Source: Setoptus koraiensis
Taxonomy: Eukaryota > Animalia > Arthropoda
Assembly (NCBI GenBank): GCA_048013815.1
Contig: CM106586.1
Span: 1,798,001 to 1,862,000, forward strand
DNA: 64,000 nt
Direction of reading: 5' to 3'
In this document: piece after piece, positions 58,138-64,000 of the stretch
How the letters are laid out: each line of letters starts with the position of its first letter
Numbering within the stretch: the first letter of the stretch is position 1
Notes under the pieces: generated by a model
What the model saw: only the letters and a program-made list of their open reading frames with translations
Database searches by the model: none
Told to the model about the DNA's origin: nothing
Program-made: the position numbers and the translations under genes

Positions 58138-61100
58138 TCAACCACAATCGATTGCGATGTCACCCAGCAGTCGGTGATTGGTCAGCTAACTAGTCCGGAA
58201 TATCCTCACCTGTACAGGACCAATTTGAATTGTCGCTACAAATTGAAACGATTGACCAATCATTGTAGGATTGTATTACATTTCAGAGATTTCGATCTAG
58301 AGCGAAATCAAGAGGATCTAGATTGTCGAAATGACTATTTACGCATTATTCCAGCGGACAATAGTGGTCTGCATACAGACTATTGTAACACTAGCCTGAT
58401 TGGTCGCAAATTGTTGTATGAGTTCAGTGAACAAGTGGATCATTTGCAATTAATTATGCACAGCGACAACCAAAGAAGTGGGAGAGGCTTTATGGTGCGT
58501 TATCGCCAAATACCTTGCGACCAAAACTCAGAGCCAATTAGTCGGGCAAATCAGCACATACGCACAAACTCAAACGACAAAAATAGCGAAGGTTCTGGTC
58601 AACAGTGGCCGACATCACCGGTGACTACTTCCGGTCAGTCAAATTCAAACCCAATCAACTACAGACAACAATTGTCAACAGCTGCTAGCCCTTATGCAAT
58701 GAGTACAACTGAGGCCAGCAGCTCGTCGCCGTGGCAGCAGCAGCAATTGCTGTTGCCAAGCTCGTCGTCTACCGTGGAATCTCTCATAACCACATTAGAC
58801 ACACCAACGGAGTCGCGGGTGTCGCTGGATCATTATCGGTCGCCCACACAGGTATCGTCATCATCGGCGCCAGAAGAAACAAGATCTAAAACAATAATGA
58901 GAAACGATTCTGTGAGCGAGCCAACAACAATCGCTAGCTGTAGTGAATTGCACGACGAGAGATCGTTTCTGTTAAGAAGTGAAAATTTTCCCCAGAATTA
59001 CAATGACAACACCCAGTGTATGTACTTTGTCAAGAGAAACAATTCCAAGGTGTGCTATATTGAATTGACGTTTCTTCGTTTCGAATTGGAGGCCGACCCG
59101 GACTGTCGTTTCGACTATCTCGAGATCAACAATATCCGCCTATGTGGCCAATTGCTGGATGCGCCCTACAAGACAACGCGAATCTATTTCTTCAATGAAT
59201 TCCTCAAGATAATTAAATTTAGAACTGACAGTTCAACCAACAAGCAAGGATTTCTCATTCGAGCTGATCAGCTAGAGTGTCAGGGTGGCTCAATAATACG
59301 CGACACTAGCACAGTTGCATCGCCTAGCCCGGTCGATGTCAAGGACGACAACAACGCCAATAGCAAGCAAATTGATTCACCGTCAGACCCAACATTGCAA
59401 CCCAAGAACATCCAAAACTATTCACCTGTGGAACCCTCTGCACAAATTGGCGAATTGTCCCCGTCTCCCATACCAACAAGCACAGCTTCCACTTCCGGTG
59501 GCCGGAATAGCAAAGCAGAAGATACAGCTACTTTCAAATTGGACGTGCCTGCAAACAATGTATCGCCACTACAGACTACAAACGATACTATGCGTTTGAT
59601 GAGATCTATGGCAGCTATCAATGAGTTGCAACAATCGTGTGATCAAGTATTCATTCAAAAAGAATTTCACATAACTAGTCCTCATTGGCCGGCCGGTTAT
59701 GATTTGCAGCAAGTGGACGTTTGTCGGTATTCTATTGTGAAACATTCACTATCTAGTGGTCGTGTGTGCCAACTAGAGGTAACATTCTTAGATTTACAAT
59801 TGGACGTGGGCGATTGTTTGGATTTCAACGGTGACAGATTGTGCGGTCCAGTTAGTTGGCGAAACTCCGTCAAATTATTCCCGTTTGAGAGGCGATCATT
59901 TTTCTCTCTACTGTTCACACAATCGCATCTAAGCAGCGCCAAAAAGTTGTTTATAAGACGCTATTGGCTCAAGATTAAACAATTAGAATGTGTGTCTGGC
60001 AGCAACAATGTGACGCCAAATGCATTTACAGGCACAAGGGAGGATCAGAACAGCATCAGGAAACTGGCATCACAAAATCGCAATAACGCCAATGTTGACC
60101 CATCAAACCAGCCAAACATTAGCGACGAGCAGCAGCAACAACAAATGGGGCCCGTAAACTCAATGATTCAGCGAGGCCGAGCTCACATAATTCCAGTTAG
60201 TCAGACGGCGACGATGCGACAGGAAAATCGGACAAGTCCCAATAGTTGTGATCAATGGTTTGCTTCAAATTCTACCGATAGCGTTCAGATTTATTCGCCC
60301 AACTATCCGCGCGACTACGAATCCAATTCAGACTGTGTCTACACCATTGAAAAGATACACAACAACATTTGCGAGCTTGAGCTGGAATTTTACGACTTCG
60401 ACCTGGAGCCGTCCAATCAAAATTGCGACTTTGACTATCTCGCCATGGACAATCAGCGCCTGTGTCACTTAAGTCAACTAAGCAACAAGAGCAACACTTC
60501 CACAAGATCCAAATGGCTGTTTTCTTTTCGACAGAACGAGCGCGAGAAGATACTTACCTTTCACTCGGACGGAAGTAGAAACGGTCGTGGATTCCTACTG
60601 AAAGCCAACCAAATATCATGTCTGAGCCGAAAGACAAGCGCAATCGCGGATCAGCAAGTCGTGGCGCGACATGAAGCAATGCCAACAACAGAAATGATCA
60701 GTGCCACTGGAGAAGAAAATTTGCAAAAATCTAACATTTGCGAGATGTGCTACAGTCAAGCGTCTGGCCTGTTGCAATCAATTAATTATCCTCAATTATC
60801 ACCACCTAATGTCGATTGCGAGATAAAAATAACCGGATTACCTGGCTACTGTTATGTTCAGCTGAGTTTCTTGATTTTTGACCTGGAAAAACAACACAAC
60901 GGCCATTGTCATGACTATTTAGAGATCGAGCAAGAACGGTATTGTGGCCAACAATTGAGCAATCGTGATCTCATCGTCGATCTGAAACCATCAAGTTTCG
61001 GCGGTTTATTGCGCGAACTTTCGATGCGTTTTGTGACAGATTCTATCCTGTCGAGCAAGGGTTTCAAGGCGGTCTACAGGCAACTGGCCTGCGCCCAACC

Positions 61101-63933
61101 GCCGGACAATCTGGCACCAACAAACATCCAGCAGCAGTATAACAACAGCAACAGCAATAACAATGGCGGTTCGTCGACTCCGTCGACCAGCAAGCATCCA
61201 CAACAGGAAACTAGCAGACAGGTGGAGCAGTTGCACTCGAGCAGTTTCTCGCAACAGCTTAATCCGGCCTCAATTAATGTAACAAAATTCAAAGAGATTC
61301 TCATCAATGACAGCTTCTTCGAACTCACCAGCCAGAATGCCATTCTGTCACCCATGTCGCCAGACTATTATTCTGTAACAGGTGCCAGCAGCAACGGAAA
61401 CGCGACCAATCCCAACCAGTTGTTCAGTGCCCAATATCCGGCCAATTTTTATCTCATTTACAGGATCGCTAAAAGTCACCATCAGGCCAATGATAGCAGT
61501 AACTCGTTGAATCATCAGCAGCGACCGTCACAACAAATTTGCGCAATCAGATTAACATTTTACGAGTTTGATCTAGAGCCATCAGACGATTGCCAAAACG
61601 ACTATCTCGATATTAACGGTATGGACAGAGTTTGCGGTCAGCTGCTGTCACAATTTCAACGAGATTATCCCTTTCCTCGCGAAGAGTTCAAAATTAAATT
61701 TATCACAAATGCTCATCATCAGCGCAAGGGATTCACTATCTTTGGCCAACAATTGGCATCCGACACATGCCAGGGCCAAAGTAGCAACAATAAATCGTCA
61801 CATACTGACACAGAGGAGTCCACAGGCAATATGGACACAACAATATCAACAAATCTCAAACTCACCTCACGTTTCGGTGAAATAATGACCCCAACCAACG
61901 AGCAGGATTCTAGAAGAAGCTCGGCCAGCGACGAAGCCAGGCCCCAACAGACTACTCCCGGTATAGCTAGCTCCGGGAGACAAATGGCGAGACCGCCTCC
62001 GATGGAAAGTGATTGTTACCAGTTGCATTACGAATTGCAATTCGAGTTGAAGAGTCCCGATTGGCCCCAGTCTTATCCGGCTAATAAGTCGTGTTATTAT
62101 CTAATTCAGCGCTTCGATTCAGATATCTGCTCATTGAAATTGAACATAATCTCTATGATAATCGGCTCGCATTCTCCAGCATCTTCGTCAAGCACGAGCA
62201 CATTCACCAGCGATTGCGACGAGAACAAAGACCATTTGAGTTTGGGCGATAAGCGCTTCTGTGGCCTCATCACTAGACCTCACGAGGAAATACTCACCTT
62301 TAATCAATCGTTCATCATTGTCAACTTTCAATCTATTCGAGGCTCAGGTTTTGGTTTCTACATTGAAGCCAAACAAATGAGGTGCTCAAGGACTCCGGAG
62401 AGTCCCCAGCCGATGTTGGCTCCAGTTAGTGCAGCACGAGGGAACCAACCGGAAATAATAAACCCTGGAGCACAAGTGAGAGACAGTGGTAGTAATCAAC
62501 AGCACTCAGGGTTAGTTGTGGAAACACGCGGAAATTGCAATCAACTCATCGCTGGTCTTCAAACGATAGTGACTAGTCCAAATTATCCGCAATTCTACAG
62601 TGACAATTTGGATTGTTTATATGCTGTTAGGCGTGCCAACAGTTCTGTTTGTGCTATTGATTTGCAATTCAACAGTTTCAATTTGGAGCCAGCTCAACAA
62701 CAACTGACGTCACAAGAGGCCATACTTACTGGGGCTGATCACCACTCTTGTCTGAATGATTATCTCGAGATAGACAACAGTCGATTGTGTGGCTCACTAC
62801 CTCAACAGCATATAATCAGATACAACTATTATGAGCACGAGTTGGACAAAGTGCTCAGATTTAAGACTAATGGTGCCATTACAAACACCGGCTTTTCCGT
62901 GCAAATAAATCAAATTGTTGATTGTAAATCTAATCCAATTGGATTCCAATCTAGCACTATGCCAACCGCTAACCACTCGCCAATGACCTCGCTTCCGTAC
63001 AATGATGAGACTAGAGACGGCAGCACTGGTGGACAGAGGGGCCATATTCAGCGCAGAATGGACCCCAGTGCTTTTATCTGCAAGTCTATATTGCAAAAAT
63101 CAAACGATTGGATACAATCGCCGGGTTACAATAATTTTAGGCGAATCTATAGCGACAATTTAGACTGCCTATACAAAATTGTTGCCACCGGTTACGATGT
63201 GTGCCAAGTGAAATTCATTTTTCATTCACTGGACATAGAGGATAGTGTTGGGTGTAGTAAGGACTTTCTCATGATTGACAATAGACGATACTGCGGCCAA
63301 TTAGCCACTGATGAAACATCGGTCACTCCTGGTGAATCTATGAATATGATGCGTCAAGGAAATAATAGTCACAGAGCAAAAAAACAAACAACAGTTACAG
63401 TTGCCGTGCCGGATAGTTTGCCGCGTGAACTTGATATTATATTTCACACCGACACATCGATCACGAGCAAAGGATTTAGTATAGAGTATCAACAAGAGTC
63501 TTGTACTATTAACTATCGACATTCAGCGGACAACCAGAATGAATTGACAAACAACACTAACATCGGCGTACACCTGTCGTCTCACCAGCATCGCGATCAT
63601 CAGGATTTCGACGAGCGAAGGGTGATAGCTTTGAATGATGAGACGGCCGACAAGCGACAATTGTCTTATCCCAGTGACCACGTAGCGAGTGAGACAAACA
63701 AGTTGCAAACAAAAGGATTGCCCTTGATTGTAACTGGTGCGGGACATCAATTAGCGACAGAGCAAGATTTCCATTTAAGCGATGCCCAGTCTGACACTTA
63801 TTTGGGCACCGATCAGCCTATGAGCAGTGTAAAACTAGAATCAAACAAACAACATCAATATTCCACCCTCTCTCGACTGGTTCGAGTGCAAAATTCAAAA
63901 AATGAAGCTCGACTTGATTATAGTGTCAGCTAA
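53535..63933 (+). CDS. Very large secreted multi-CUB (cubilin-like) protein, ~3000 aa; exons 53535-54599, 54860-55016, 56156-63933
   Basis: Signal peptide in exon 1. Donors aag|GTGAGT (54600) and aag|GTGAGT (55017) have phase-compatible acceptors (54859; 56155 or 56149). About 11 CUB repeats (SP.YP..Y..N..C, F.LE...C..DYL.I, R.CG, F.SD.....GF) are separated by S/T/N/Q-rich linkers. Confidence 0.88.
55822..55909. repeat. Minisatellite of 11-bp half-units (gtccagtggca / gttcagtggct) forming a 22-bp period, in CUB-gene intron 2
   Basis: Read directly; three full 22-bp units followed by degenerate 11-mers. Confidence 0.92.
58075..58137 (+). repeat. (AAC)n coding microsatellite, poly-Asn tract in the CUB protein
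   Basis: About 21 consecutive Asn codons in frame. Confidence 0.95.
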
Positions 63934-64000
63934 TTAACACATCAACTAATTATTATTATATAGTGTAAAGTATTAGGGTCTATTATATCACACAAATCTA

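Noticed and set aside
1-64000. tRNA, rRNA, snRNA, CRISPR arrays and intact transposases
   Set aside because: GGTTCGA-like T-loop matches (e.g. near 4087, 20065, 41840) lack cloverleaf context. The tandem arrays have no unique spacers, and no transposase or reverse-transcriptase motifs were found.

Overview
Gene-dense animal nuclear DNA, arthropod-like. The very compact layout, mostly ~85-160 bp introns and many intronless genes that are normally intron-rich suggest a mite with a streamlined genome (inference). Genes in order: 3' part of sphingosine-1-phosphate lyase (+); MYG1 (+); a four-coding-exon Wnt1/wingless with a 5.2 kb microsatellite-rich intron (+); an intronless secreted orphan (+); an SPL pseudogene; patatin lipase/brummer (-); NRF-6-like acyltransferase (-); SERHL/kraken-like hydrolase (-); endophilin A (+); cornichon (+); PINCH (-); a SUN-domain gene (-) with a nested antisense gene in its intron; TMEM79/MAPEG-like (+); a serpin (+); TFIIE-beta (-) head-to-head with IMPACT (+); and a ~3000-aa secreted protein with ~11 CUB domains (+). 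Exon structures were assembled by hand from GT/AG sites and reading phase. No CRISPR, rRNA, tRNA or intact transposase was seen. The most striking observation is a Wnt1 whose Frizzled-binding 'index finger' has lost four conserved cysteines as two complete disulfide pairs while the rest of the ligand, including the lipidation motif, is intact. Second is a possible divergent Ana2/STIL centriole gene nested in the SUN intron. All family assignments come from motif recognition, not database searches.
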